A stretch of 64,000 bases of DNA, from positions 3,889 to 67,888 of the forward strand of contig CALXTW010000007.1 of the NCBI GenBank assembly GCA_944391515.1, read 5' to 3'. Shown in pieces: positions 10,415-20,304 of the stretch (positions are counted from its first letter, which is position 1; each line of letters opens with the position of its first letter). Source of the DNA: an uncultured Alphaproteobacteria bacterium. Its GTDB lineage: Bacteria > Pseudomonadota > Alphaproteobacteria > RF32 > CAG-239. Both the position numbers and the translations under genes were made by a program. The notes under the pieces were generated by a model that saw only the letters and a list, made by a program, of their open reading frames with translations, had not been told where the DNA came from and did not search any database.

Positions 10415-11160
10415 GCTATTTTGCGCCCAACATCCCCGCAAACAAACATTGCTTTTTTGACCGTTTAGGCGGAATTTCGCAAGGTCTTTACGCCAGTCGC
10501 AACACAGCCTTTGCCAGTCAGGATAACAAGCAAAACATTATCTCTAACTTAACGCTCAGTGCCCAACAATTCGGCCTTGACTATGACAACATAGCCCTGC
10601 TTCATGAAGGCATAAGCAATCAAGCGGTTTTTATCTCCAATCCCACGATTTATCAAACCGATGCCGACGGCATGGTTACCAACAAAGCGGGAATTTTGCT
10701 GAGTTTATATACGGCAGATTGCTGTCCGGTTTTGTTTTATGATAAAACCAATCAAGTCATCGGCGCGGCTCACGCCGGTTGGCGCGGAGCGTTGAGCGGA
10801 ATTTTGGAAAACACGCTGGACTTAATGCTTCAACATGGCGCGCAAAAATCCTCTCTCACCGCCGCACTCGGACCTTGCCTGCAAGCCAAATCTTTTGAGT
10901 GCCGACAAGATATGTACTTGCAGTTCATCAACCACAATCAAGCCTTTGCCTCATTTTTCACGCCTAAATCAGATAATGAGCATTTTCAGTTTGATATTGA
11001 GGGTTTCATCATTTCTCGCCTTAAAAATTACGGGCTCACAAACATTTCAGCTTCTCACATCGATACTTATAGCAATGTTGACTATTTCAGCTATCGACGA
11101 AACTGCCACCAAAACTTAATTCATACCCCAAAGACTATCCGACACAGTTATCAACCATAA
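10411..11160 (+). CDS. pgeF: YfiH/PgeF (LACC1/FAMIN-family, DUF152) protein
   Basis: 249 aa with TADC.P, HAGWRG and the C-terminal SYRR region. Its start overlaps the deoB stop (ATGA at 10411-10414). Confidence 0.88.
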   Translation: MSYFAPNIPANKHCFFDRLGGISQGLYASRNTAFASQDNKQNIISNLTLSAQQFGLDYDNIALLHEGISNQAVFISNPTIYQTDADGMVTNKAGILLSLYTADCCPVLFYDKTNQVIGAAHAGWRGALSGILENTLDLMLQHGAQKSSLTAALGPCLQAKSFECRQDMYLQFINHNQAFASFFTPKSDNEHFQFDIEGFIISRLKNYGLTNISASHIDTYSNVDYFSYRRNCHQNLIHTPKTIRHSYQP

Positions 11161-11231
11161 CCCTATAATCTCTTTCTTTTTTGGCAAAAATCGAATAAAT
11201 TAAGCAAAGGTATAACAACAGAGCAAAATAA

Positions 11232-12398
11232 ATGACCCCACTTGGCAAACTGACATTAGCAATTATCGGACTTCGCTTTTTCGGAGCTCTGGGCTTTTTT
11301 TGGGGAATGTTTTTGGGGCATGTTTTAATTGACCGCACCTTAGTCAAAACCTACCTCAAACAAAAGCTCAATCAAATTGATGACAACATCCGTTTAATGT
11401 TGCCCTTTCATCTCTATCGTTACTATAACTATTTGATAGACCAAGTCTTAGGCAAACTCTGGGGAGCTGTTTTAGGTGGCCTCACCTTTGGCTGGATAGG
11501 CGTTGCCGTTTTAGGAGTTATCGGACACTTTTTATTTGACTGTAAACGCTGCAAAAATTGTAAAGAACTCCGCTATGCCTTTGAGGACTTTTGGAACAAA
11601 AACTTAGGCAAAATCGCCGGTGGTCTAATTGGTTTCACGCTCAAAAATAAAGTTCTGTTGTTTATCGGCGTTATCTTAGGCTTTTTCTTCGATTCGTTTA
11701 GACTTGAAGGCGGCTTAAGAAGCAAGTTAAAACTGGGCTCAATCTTAAACTTCTGGTCCAAAGTCAACCCAATCAAACTAGCCCTTCGCTCACAAGAAGC
11801 CAAAGACGTTGCCTTTGTTCAGTCCATGGCCGGTTTAGCCGCCAAAATCTCCAAAGCTGACGGCATTGTCAGTGAAAACGAAATCCGCACCTTCAAAAAA
11901 CTTTTTGCCACCGACCGTAATCCCAAAATCGCCCGTATTTTCAATGATGCCAAGCAAAGCACTCAAGGTTATCAAGCCTACGCCAAGCAATTAAAAATGC
12001 TTTCTCATGACAATCTGGATATGAAAGAAAGCATCATTGAAAACCTGTTCAAAATTGCCATTGTCGATGGCGAGATTTTGCCCGATGAATTAGACATTTT
12101 AGAAGACATTGCCAACATCATCGAGCTTCCGCAAGGCAACTACATCATCATCAAAGACCGTTTTATCTTCAAACCCAGCAACGACACCATCCAAGATTAT
12201 TATGAGGTTTTAGGCGTCTTTTACAATGCCAGCGATAAAGAAATTAAACGCCGTTGGAAAGAACTCATCTATCAATATCATCCTGACCGAGCTCAGGCGC
12301 GCGGTGCCTCACCGCAAGAAATTGAGAACTGCACTTTGAAAATGGCAGAAATCAATAACGCCTACGAACATATTATGAAAAGCCGTCAGGTAGGATAA
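11232..12398 (+). CDS. djlA: DjlA-like membrane co-chaperone (multi-TM N-terminus, TerB-like domain and C-terminal J domain)
   Basis: 388 aa with hydrophobic N-terminal segments, a TerB-like AKADG..SE.E and DG.....E region, and a J domain DYYEVLGV...YHPD. Confidence 0.75.
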   Translation: MTPLGKLTLAIIGLRFFGALGFFWGMFLGHVLIDRTLVKTYLKQKLNQIDDNIRLMLPFHLYRYYNYLIDQVLGKLWGAVLGGLTFGWIGVAVLGVIGHFLFDCKRCKNCKELRYAFEDFWNKNLGKIAGGLIGFTLKNKVLLFIGVILGFFFDSFRLEGGLRSKLKLGSILNFWSKVNPIKLALRSQEAKDVAFVQSMAGLAAKISKADGIVSENEIRTFKKLFATDRNPKIARIFNDAKQSTQGYQAYAKQLKMLSHDNLDMKESIIENLFKIAIVDGEILPDELDILEDIANIIELPQGNYIIIKDRFIFKPSNDTIQDYYEVLGVFYNASDKEIKRRWKELIYQYHPDRAQARGASPQEIENCTLKMAEINNAYEHIMKSRQVG

Positions 12399-12402
12399 AA
12401 AC

Positions 12403-13770
12403 ATGTCACAAACATCGCCTAAAATTGTTCTCTCCACCATTAACGCTCGCTATTCCCATACCTCTTTTGGGTTAAGATACCTCAAAGCCAATCTACATGA
12501 ATTTGAAGAATATTGCGAAATTTGCGAATTTAGCAAAGATTCAACCGTGCCAGAGATTGCCGAAGCTCTCCTCAACAAACAAGCCGACATCATAGGCTTG
12601 AGTTGTTATATTTGGAATATTGAAGACCAGCTCCGCGTTGCCGAAATTATCAAAGCCATTAGCCCGCAAACCATTCTGTTTTTAGGCGGACCTGAAGTTT
12701 CTTATGAATATGATGAATTTTTAAACTATTGCGATTATCTCATCAAAGGCGAAGGCGAATATGCGCTCTACCATTTTGTAAAGAATTGGCAACAAGGGAT
12801 TTTGCCATCACAAAAGGTCTTAGAAGAGCCAATCTGCGACCTCAACACAATCAAAATGCCCTATTATCTCTATTCCGATGAAGATATTGCCCACCGCCTG
12901 ATATATGTTGAGGCCACGCGCGGTTGCCCCTTCACCTGTGAGTTTTGCCTCTCCTCTCTTTCTAAAGGCGTCAGAGAATTTAATTTGGATAATTTCTTAA
13001 AAGAGATGGATACGCTCATCACCCGCGGGGTTAAACAGTTTAAGTTTGTTGACCGCACATTCAACCTCAAATTTGCCAATGTTAAACGCATTCTTGAATT
13101 TTTCAAATCGCACTGGCAAGAAGGCATGATGTTGCACTTTGAGATTTTTCCCGACAAATTAAGCCCCGCCATGTTGGAAGAAATAAAAAACTTTCCCGCA
13201 CATGGTCTGCATTTGGAAGCCGGCGTTCAAAGTTTTTATGAACCCTCGCTCAAGGCGATTTCTCGCCGTCAAGATGAAAAGAAAACTTTAGAGAATTTGC
13301 AATTCATCAGCGAACAAACCGGTGCCGCCGTCCACTCTGATTTGGTGGCGGGCTTACCCTTTTCAACCTTTGCCACTTTTGCGCAAGATTTTGATAAACT
13401 CTTTGCCTCCCACCCTGAGGAATTGCAAATCGGCATTCTCAAACGCCTAAGAGGAGCGCCCATTGACAGGCATTCCCAAACCTCAAAGATGATATATTCC
13501 AAATATCCGCCCTATGAGGTAATGCAAACCGCCACCATGAGCTATAATGAATTGCAACAAATCAAGCGTTTAGCTCGCTATTTTGATATTTTTTATAATG
13601 CCGGCAATTTCCGCGAAGAAACCAAGCCTCTCAAAACTTTTGCTGATTGGCTTGATTTCAGCAATTACATCTGGACAAACTATCACCAAACGCATAAAAT
13701 ATCCTTAAAACGTCAAACCGAAATTCTTAAGGAGTATCTCAATGCTCGAAGAACCACTGCCGCACTATAA
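12403..13770 (+). CDS. B12-binding-domain radical SAM protein (DUF4080-type)
   Basis: 455 aa with an N-terminal cobalamin-binding-like fold and VEATRGCPFTCEFC (CxxxCxxC). Confidence 0.85.
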   Translation: MSQTSPKIVLSTINARYSHTSFGLRYLKANLHEFEEYCEICEFSKDSTVPEIAEALLNKQADIIGLSCYIWNIEDQLRVAEIIKAISPQTILFLGGPEVSYEYDEFLNYCDYLIKGEGEYALYHFVKNWQQGILPSQKVLEEPICDLNTIKMPYYLYSDEDIAHRLIYVEATRGCPFTCEFCLSSLSKGVREFNLDNFLKEMDTLITRGVKQFKFVDRTFNLKFANVKRILEFFKSHWQEGMMLHFEIFPDKLSPAMLEEIKNFPAHGLHLEAGVQSFYEPSLKAISRRQDEKKTLENLQFISEQTGAAVHSDLVAGLPFSTFATFAQDFDKLFASHPEELQIGILKRLRGAPIDRHSQTSKMIYSKYPPYEVMQTATMSYNELQQIKRLARYFDIFYNAGNFREETKPLKTFADWLDFSNYIWTNYHQTHKISLKRQTEILKEYLNARRTTAAL

Positions 13771-14488
13771 TGACCGCAAAACCCCGATTGATATGCTGAT
13801 GTTTCATTGCTCGGCACTCAAGGGGGAAGAAATTCTGCAGATATTGGATAAAACAGAACTAAGCTGTCATTATATCATTGATGAAAAAGGCGAACTCATC
13901 CAAGTGGTTGAAGAAGACAAGCGCGCCTACCACGCAGGCGTTGGTTTTTGGAATGGGATTGACACAGACCTTAACTCTCACTCTATCGGCATTGAAATCT
14001 CTAATTTAAGTATGGGGCAAGAAGACTACAAAGCCAAACAAATCAAAACTTTAGTTGCTCTTTCTAAAGAATTAATTGCCAAATACAACATTCGTCAAGA
14101 CATGATTGTCGGACATTCGGACACAGCGCCCAATCGCAAACCCGACCCAGGCAAAGCCTTCCCCTGGAAAGACTTATCCGCCCAAGGAATTGGCCTATGG
14201 TTTAAGCCATCCCAAGCCAAATTGGTTGAAAATGATGATATTGGCGAACTCTTAGCCTCAATCGGTTATGACACCCGCACCCCTGAAATGGTTTATTGCT
14301 CGGCTTATGCTTTTTGCCGCCGTTTTGCCCCGCAATATGTCAAAATCGATGAGGATATCGCGCACTTAGTTGACCATGTTTTGCCTGATAAATTTGACTT
14401 TATGGATAAAGAAAAATTCATGCAAACCCTCAAAGCGGTTTCTTATAGTTATCAAACCTACCGCCAAGAGCAAAATTTGACGGATTAA
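13742..14488 (+). CDS. N-acetylmuramoyl-L-alanine amidase (Amidase_2, AmpD-like)
   Basis: 248 aa with HYIIDE.G...V.E..RAYHAG, HSIGIE and GHSD..P.RKPDPG motifs. It overlaps the upstream gene by 29 nt. Confidence 0.85.
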   Translation: MLEEPLPHYNDRKTPIDMLMFHCSALKGEEILQILDKTELSCHYIIDEKGELIQVVEEDKRAYHAGVGFWNGIDTDLNSHSIGIEISNLSMGQEDYKAKQIKTLVALSKELIAKYNIRQDMIVGHSDTAPNRKPDPGKAFPWKDLSAQGIGLWFKPSQAKLVENDDIGELLASIGYDTRTPEMVYCSAYAFCRRFAPQYVKIDEDIAHLVDHVLPDKFDFMDKEKFMQTLKAVSYSYQTYRQEQNLTD

Positions 14489-14943
14489 ATACGGCTCAAC
14501 GCATCCAAACAGCCCTGAAGAATATAGGCCGCAGCACCGGCATCAAGTGTTTTTTTGCGCTTAGCCCGTGACAAATCCGCCTCTTTAATCATCACACTTT
14601 CCACGGCCGCAGAAGAGAGCCTTTCATCCCAAAAATAATAAGGCAGATTAATTTCTTGCGCCAAGCGTTGCGCAAATTTTCTGACCTCTTGCGCGGTTTG
14701 CCCTTCTTCACCATTCATCTGTAACGGCAAACCATAGACGATTCCGCCAACTTCCTTTTCTTGAATTATTTTCTTAATCTCAGCTAAATCGGCCTCAATA
14801 TTTCGGCGTTGGATAATCTTATAGGGCGTCGCACTCATCAACAATAAATCAGACACCGCCACGCCTAATCTTTTTGAGCCATAGTCAAAGCCAATTAGTG
14901 CCTTATATTTGGGCAATTTTTCCTTAAATTCTCTTAAATCCAC
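14485..14943 (-). CDS. ruvX: Holliday-junction resolvase-like pre-16S rRNA nuclease RuvX/YqgF
   Basis: 152 aa with IGFDYGSKRLGVAVSD and DERLSS motifs. Confidence 0.92.
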   Translation of the reverse strand: MDLREFKEKLPKYKALIGFDYGSKRLGVAVSDLLLMSATPYKIIQRRNIEADLAEIKKIIQEKEVGGIVYGLPLQMNGEEGQTAQEVRKFAQRLAQEINLPYYFWDERLSSAAVESVMIKEADLSRAKRKKTLDAGAAAYILQGCLDALSRI

Positions 14944-15085
14944 TTATCTCATCTCCCTTAGTTCCGATTAAGTAAGTTTATACAATCAATTATTACAAAA
15001 AACTTAACTCCCCGATAAGAGATTATTAACTCTCTTATACTATTATGAAAAGCAAAATATTTCCCCTTATAAGACGGTGATAAAA

Positions 15086-16390
15086 ATGAAAATAAAATAC
15101 TTATTTGCTTTTATATTAAGCCTCATAGCTCTTCCGGCACGAGCTGAACTGCAAATTGATGTCAACGGCGCCATGCGCGACCCATTACCGATTGCCTTCC
15201 CTGAAATGATTCATGAAGGATTTTTCTTAGGTCAAACCGGCAATAAGATAAGAGACGTCGTCATTGCCGACTTGGAGCGTTCCGGCTTGTTCAGAATTAT
15301 CCCTGAAAACAGCTACATCCAAGAGCTGACCTCGATTAATGAACAGCCCAACTTTGTGGATTGGAAAGCCATTAACGCCCACGCTCTTGTACAAAGTGCC
15401 ATCACGGAAGTTGACAGCAATCATCTGCGCATTGAGTTTCGCTTGTGGGATATTTATGCCCAAAACCAAATGAAAGGACAATCCTTCACCACCACCAAAG
15501 ACAACTGGAGAAGAGTTGCCCACGTCATAGCCGATGCGATTTATGAACGCCTCACCGGTGAACAAGGCTACTTTGACACCCGCATTGTTTATGTTTCGGA
15601 AACAGGCCCCAAAACCAAACGCACCAAACGTCTAGCCATTATGGACCAAGACGGAGAAAGCCATAAATTCTTGACCTCTGGTGCTTCCATGGTTTTGACC
15701 CCTCGTTTCTCACCCAACTTGCAAAAGGTAGCCTATATGTCCTATGCCGGCGACACTCCGCGGGTTTATATTTTGGACATTGAAACCGGCCGTCAAGAGC
15801 TGCTTGGCAACTTCCCCGGCATGACCTTTGCACCGCGCTTTTCACCCGATAGCAAAAAGGTTATCTTGAGCTATGCTTCTCGCGGTAAGAGTGATATTTA
15901 TGAAATGGATTTGGCAACCCGTACCAGCAAACAATTAACCTCCGGCGGTGCGATTAACACCTCTCCGAGTTATTCTCCGGACGGCTCACAAATCGTCTTC
16001 AACTCTGACCGTGGCGGTAATCAACAACTTTATATCATGAATGCCGACGGCAGTGATGTCCACCGTATCAGCTTTGGCTCCGGCCGCTATGCAACACCGG
16101 TTTGGTCTCCGCGTGGCGACTACATTGCCTTTACCAAAATGGCAGGCGGACAATTCTACATCGGCGTTATGTATCCGGACGGCACCGGCGAACGCTTGCT
16201 GGCCAGTGGCTTCTTGGTTGAAGGTCCGACCTGGTCACCGAACGGTCGTGTCTTAATGTACTTCCGTCAGGATAACAGCACTGCTTCTCCGGTCAGATTA
16301 TATTCAATCGACCTCACCGGTTACAACGAGCGAATGATTGTGACCCCTGGCGAAGGCTCCGACCCAGCATGGTCGCCGCTCCTGCCTTAA
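15086..16390 (+). CDS. tolB: Tol-Pal system periplasmic beta-propeller protein TolB
   Basis: Signal peptide, then repeated P.(F/W)SPDG... WD40-like blades. I prefer the ATG at 15086 to the GTG at 15077 used in the track. Confidence 0.93.
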   Translation: MKIKYLFAFILSLIALPARAELQIDVNGAMRDPLPIAFPEMIHEGFFLGQTGNKIRDVVIADLERSGLFRIIPENSYIQELTSINEQPNFVDWKAINAHALVQSAITEVDSNHLRIEFRLWDIYAQNQMKGQSFTTTKDNWRRVAHVIADAIYERLTGEQGYFDTRIVYVSETGPKTKRTKRLAIMDQDGESHKFLTSGASMVLTPRFSPNLQKVAYMSYAGDTPRVYILDIETGRQELLGNFPGMTFAPRFSPDSKKVILSYASRGKSDIYEMDLATRTSKQLTSGGAINTSPSYSPDGSQIVFNSDRGGNQQLYIMNADGSDVHRISFGSGRYATPVWSPRGDYIAFTKMAGGQFYIGVMYPDGTGERLLASGFLVEGPTWSPNGRVLMYFRQDNSTASPVRLYSIDLTGYNERMIVTPGEGSDPAWSPLLP

Positions 16391-16403
16391 ACAAAACAAA
16401 AAA

Positions 16404-16429
16404 CCTTCCCCACAACGGGAAGGTTTTTT
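16404..16429 (+). terminator. rho-independent terminator after tolB; copy 1 of a 43-bp repeat (16393-16435)
   Basis: CCTTCCC-cacaac-GGGAAGG followed by T6. The surrounding 43 bp recur at 17043-17085 with 2 mismatches, both in the loop. Confidence 0.85.
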
Positions 16430-16550
16430 ATTGCCTCTTAATACATTTTTCGCAAATTTTGTATAGACACATCCCTGAAAATGTGCTACTATCCCCAACA
16501 TAAAATTTATAAATATTAAAATTATTATTAACCCCAAAAAATAAAAAGTT

Positions 16551-17030
16551 ATGCTACACACACTTCAGGACGGGGCAGAGTACCCCTACGAGACTTTAAA
16601 ACAGTACTGCGATATGTGGGAAGAGTATGAAATCAGAAAACAAAAAAGAAAAAAGTTTCTGAAAATCTTCTTACTCTGCGCAATGGTGATAGGTGCAATT
16701 GCTCTCATTGTCTATCAATGGGATTGCATTATCAACACCATCAATCAGAACAAAGAAACCATTGCCAGCTACACCGTGCTGGGAACAATGTGCTTACTCG
16801 TGTTCTTTACCGGTTATATAACTGGCAAGGCACAAAAGAAGCTAAAACAAAGAATAACGTTTCTTTTGTGTACAGTGATAGGCGGAATAATTGGTCTCAT
16901 TGCCTATCATTGGGACTGTATTGTCGGAAACACGGAGGTTATTGCCAGCCTTATATTGCTGGCGGTAATGTGCTTCCTTGTATTCTATGCCGGATATACG
17001 AGAGGCATGGAAAAAAGGAAACAAAAATAA
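16551..17030 (+). CDS. small polytopic membrane protein with an internal tandem duplication
   Basis: 159 aa. Residues IGAIALIVYQWDCIINT...LLVFFTGYITGKAQKK repeat as IGGIIGLIAYHWDCIVGN...FLVFYAGYTRGMEKRK. The similarity is also visible at the DNA level. Confidence 0.7.
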   Translation: MLHTLQDGAEYPYETLKQYCDMWEEYEIRKQKRKKFLKIFLLCAMVIGAIALIVYQWDCIINTINQNKETIASYTVLGTMCLLVFFTGYITGKAQKKLKQRITFLLCTVIGGIIGLIAYHWDCIVGNTEVIASLILLAVMCFLVFYAGYTRGMEKRKQK

Positions 17031-17053
17031 TCTCTTTCCCAAAAAACAAAAAA

Positions 17054-17079
17054 CCTTCCCCTCATCGGGAAGGTTTTTT
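17054..17079 (+). terminator. rho-independent terminator; copy 2 of the 43-bp repeat (17043-17085)
   Basis: CCTTCCC-ctcatc-GGGAAGG followed by T6. Confidence 0.85.
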
Positions 17080-17126
17080 ATTGCCAATCAGGTGTTTCTT
17101 TGTTAGCCTGAAAAAAAGGAGCGAAG

Positions 17127-17762
17127 ATGAACAAAATCAAATATTGTATCTGGGACGTTGGCAATGTCATTTACCAATACAGCCTTGAGCCCCTTCACCA
17201 ATGGTGCAAAACTCACACCCAAGACCAAACCCTTTTTGAGGCTAATAAAGGAAAATTTAATTACAATGACTATATGAAAGGCCTCGTGCCTTTCGAGCAA
17301 CTATGCCAACAGCTTTGCGACTTTTATGGCATTTTGTATGATAAAAAATATTGCCCCGAAATCAATAAAGCCTTTCACCAAGGCATTATTGAATATTTTT
17401 CAGAAACCAGAAAAGCGCAAAATTTTCTCTCCTTTCAAGGAATTGAAAACTGCATTTTATCAAACGCCCTCCCCGTTTTGGGCGAAGATGAAAAAATCAA
17501 TCAAATCATCAAACCCCAACACCGTTTTTGCTCTTTTGAACTAGGGCTTCTAAAACCTGACTCCAAAATCTACCAAACCGTAAAAAACAAACTAGATTGC
17601 GAATTTAATGAATTGATTTTTGTTGACGATAAAGCCAAAAACACCTCTGCCGCCGCAATGCTAGGCATCCATACCATAACCTATAAAAGAGAAACTATTC
17701 TCAAAGATATAAAAAATATCCTCTCCCCCTCGTCTCCTCACGCTTTAGGCAAAAGCAGATAA
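17127..17762 (+). CDS. HAD-superfamily hydrolase
   Basis: 211 aa with an N-terminal (C)IWDVGNV (DxD-like) motif and a late FVDD motif. Confidence 0.7.
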   Translation: MNKIKYCIWDVGNVIYQYSLEPLHQWCKTHTQDQTLFEANKGKFNYNDYMKGLVPFEQLCQQLCDFYGILYDKKYCPEINKAFHQGIIEYFSETRKAQNFLSFQGIENCILSNALPVLGEDEKINQIIKPQHRFCSFELGLLKPDSKIYQTVKNKLDCEFNELIFVDDKAKNTSAAAMLGIHTITYKRETILKDIKNILSPSSPHALGKSR

Positions 17763-17834
17763 TCACACTATAAATTTGCAATAAAAAAAGCCCCCACGTC
17801 CAAAGACTGGGAGCTCTCTCTCATAACCAAAACT

Positions 17835-19640
17835 TTATTGGTCGCCGATACGCAAGGCCTCAATAAACGCCGATTGCGGCACTTCAACCTTTCCGAACTG
17901 ACGCATGCGTTGTTTACCTTTTTTCTGCTTATCCAAGAGTTTACGTTTACGGGTTACGTCACCACCATAACATTTTGCCGTCACGTCTTTGCGCAAGGCA
18001 GAAATTGTCTCTCTGGCCACAACTCGTCCACCGATTGCCGCTTGAATCGGAATCTTGAACAAATGTCTCGGAATAAGGTCTTTAAGACGCTCGCAAATTT
18101 GTCGCCCGCGAGATTCGGCTTCGCTTCTGTGGCAAAGAAAAGCTAAGGCATCAACCGCCTCTTCATTAATCAAGATTTGAACCTTCACCAAATCAGATGC
18201 CTGATAACCGATAATCTCATAGTCAAAGCTAGCATATCCGCTGGTAATAGATTTTAAGCGGTCATAAAAATCAAACACAATTTCATTCAAAGGAATTTTA
18301 TAAACCACCATTGCCCGATTACCAACATAAGTTAAGTCTTCTTGCTCACCTCTTCGTTCGGTGCAAAGTTTTAAAACCGAGCCCAAATATTCATCCGGCA
18401 CCATAATAGTTGCTTTCACCCAAGGTTCTTCAATACTGGCAATGGTCGATGGGTCAGGCATATCAGCAGGATTATGCAGCGTAATTTGATTACCATTGCT
18501 CAAGTTGATTTTATAAGCAACTGAAGGCGCGGTTGTAATCAAATCCAAATCAAACTCTCGACCCAAACGCTCCTGAATAATTTCCATATGCAAAAGCCCT
18601 AAGAACCCGCAACGAAAACCAAGTCCCAGTGCAGCGGAATTTTCATTTTGGTAATCAATACTGGCATCATTGAGTTTGAGCTTTGCCAAAGCATCTTTTA
18701 AGTTATCATATTGGCTGCTGTCCACCGGAAAGATAGAGCAGAACACGACAGGAATTGAAGGCTTAAAACCTTTCAACGGTTCCGCACAAGGCAGTTTATT
18801 ATCAGTAATAGTATCACCGATATGGCAATCGCTCACACTTTTAATACTTGCGGTAATAAAACCGACTTCACCAGGGTAAAGTGCATCAACATCTTGCATT
18901 TTAGGGGTAAAGATACCAACTTTATCAATCGAATAAACCGCATTATTAGACATCATTCGGATTTGTTGTTTTTTGCGAATAACGCCATCTTTAATCCGCA
19001 CCAAAATGATAACGCCCAAATAAGAGTCATACCAACTATCAATCAACAACGCCTTAAGAGGTTGAGTTTCATCACCTTGCGGAGCTGGCAGATAATTTAC
19101 AATTCCTTCCAAAACATCTTCCACACCAAGACCGGTTTTGCCCGATGCCTCCACCGCATGAGACGTATCCAAACCAATCACATCTTCAATTTGTTGTTTA
19201 ACTTTTTCCGGATCGGCTGAAGGCAAATCAACTTTATTTAAGACCGGTAAAATCTCATGATTATTATCAATCGCCATATAGACGTTAGCCAAAGTTTGCG
19301 CCTCAACGCCTTGGGTCGCATCCACCACCAAAACAGAACCTTCGCAAGACGAAAGCGAGCGAGACACCTCATAAGAAAAGTCAACGTGTCCCGGAGTATC
19401 AATCAAATTGAGTTGATAAGTGTTCCCGTCATGAGCCTTATAGTTCAGACGCACGGTTTGCGCTTTAATGGTAATACCGCGTTCGCGCTCAATATCCATC
19501 GAGTCGAGAACTTGTTCTTGCATTTCTCTTTTTTGCAAGCCGCCGCAAAATTCAATAATTCTGTCGGCCAGAGTTGACTTTCCGTGGTCAATATGAGCGA
19601 TGATTGCAAAATTTCTGATTAAATCCAAATTTGTTGTCAT
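17835..19640 (-). CDS. lepA: elongation factor 4 (LepA)
   Basis: [27 protein letters not shown]..., [14 protein letters not shown] trimmed the start to the ATG at 19638-19640. The 51-codon upstream extension in the track is not LepA-like and overlaps the divergent gene. Confidence 0.96.
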   Translation of the reverse strand: MTTNLDLIRNFAIIAHIDHGKSTLADRIIEFCGGLQKREMQEQVLDSMDIERERGITIKAQTVRLNYKAHDGNTYQLNLIDTPGHVDFSYEVSRSLSSCEGSVLVVDATQGVEAQTLANVYMAIDNNHEILPVLNKVDLPSADPEKVKQQIEDVIGLDTSHAVEASGKTGLGVEDVLEGIVNYLPAPQGDETQPLKALLIDSWYDSYLGVIILVRIKDGVIRKKQQIRMMSNNAVYSIDKVGIFTPKMQDVDALYPGEVGFITASIKSVSDCHIGDTITDNKLPCAEPLKGFKPSIPVVFCSIFPVDSSQYDNLKDALAKLKLNDASIDYQNENSAALGLGFRCGFLGLLHMEIIQERLGREFDLDLITTAPSVAYKINLSNGNQITLHNPADMPDPSTIASIEEPWVKATIMVPDEYLGSVLKLCTERRGEQEDLTYVGNRAMVVYKIPLNEIVFDFYDRLKSITSGYASFDYEIIGYQASDLVKVQILINEEAVDALAFLCHRSEAESRGRQICERLKDLIPRHLFKIPIQAAIGGRVVARETISALRKDVTAKCYGGDVTRKRKLLDKQKKGKQRMRQFGKVEVPQSAFIEALRIGDQ

Positions 19641-19773
19641 TATTCTTCTTAATCCGTCAAAAAACATTACAATTACTACATAGATAGAGGATAATTTAAT
19701 ATTACGCAATATAATATTGATTAAATCATAAAAAATGCATATACTAAAAACAGATAAACAGCGGGAGGTTGCC

Positions 19774-20211
19774 ATGAGAAAGATGATAGACATAGACTTT
19801 GGATCTTCACGTTATGACGAGTTGGTTGAACTCCGCTACAAGATATTGCTTGAACCGTTAGGCCTCAAATTTTTAGATCACTACCGAGCCAAAGAGGCCA
19901 ATTATCTTCACATTGGCTGTATTGAAAACTTAGATGACAAGCTCATCGGCGGGTTAATCCTAGCCCCTGTCAATGATGAAGAAATTCGCTTAATGCAAGT
20001 CGCTGTTGATACCAAATATCAAGGCGAAGGCATCGGTCGCGAATTGGTAAAATACGCCGAAAAACGAGCCAAAGAAGCAGGTTACAGCAAAATTATCATG
20101 CATGCCATGCTTTCTGTCGTTCACTTTTATGAAAAAATGGGCTACCAACAAGCCGGCGACATTTTTGAAGAAAACGGCATAACTTTCGCCCGTATGGAAA
20201 AATCACTCTAA
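19774..20211 (+). CDS. GNAT-family N-acetyltransferase
   Basis: Q.AV....QG.GIGR.L motif. GGGAGG lies 6 nt upstream of the ATG at 19774. Confidence 0.8.
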   Translation: MRKMIDIDFGSSRYDELVELRYKILLEPLGLKFLDHYRAKEANYLHIGCIENLDDKLIGGLILAPVNDEEIRLMQVAVDTKYQGEGIGRELVKYAEKRAKEAGYSKIIMHAMLSVVHFYEKMGYQQAGDIFEENGITFARMEKSL

Positions 20212-20249
20212 ACCTCATCGCTCTGTTTTGTCCATTTTGCGAAAATATA

Positions 20250-20277
20250 TTTACATTTCGCATTTTTCTGCTATACT
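20250..20277 (+). promoter_or_regulatory. candidate sigma70-type promoter
   Basis: TTTACA, a 16-nt spacer, then TATACT, upstream of the 20305 ORF. Confidence 0.4.
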
Positions 20278-20304
20278 TCAAGCAATAAATAACTTTATTG
20301 AAGA

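Noticed and set aside
11135-11347. A 70-aa minus-strand ORF spanning the pgeF-djlA intergenic region.
   Set aside because: It overlaps the 3' end of pgeF and the 5' end of djlA on the opposite strand, and it has neither an SD nor homology.
16718-17188. A 156-aa plus-strand ORF overlapping the 16551-17030 gene in another frame and running through the terminator into the HAD gene.
   Set aside because: It is an alternate-frame shadow of a real gene, it crosses a strong terminator, and its composition is R/N/H/C-rich and atypical.
19641-19793. The track's 652-aa LepA ORF has a 51-codon N-terminal extension that overlaps the divergent GNAT gene.
   Set aside because: The extension ([16 protein letters not shown]...) has no LepA homology. 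The canonical [23 protein letters not shown] begins at the ATG at 19640, and the extension would cover the divergent promoter region.
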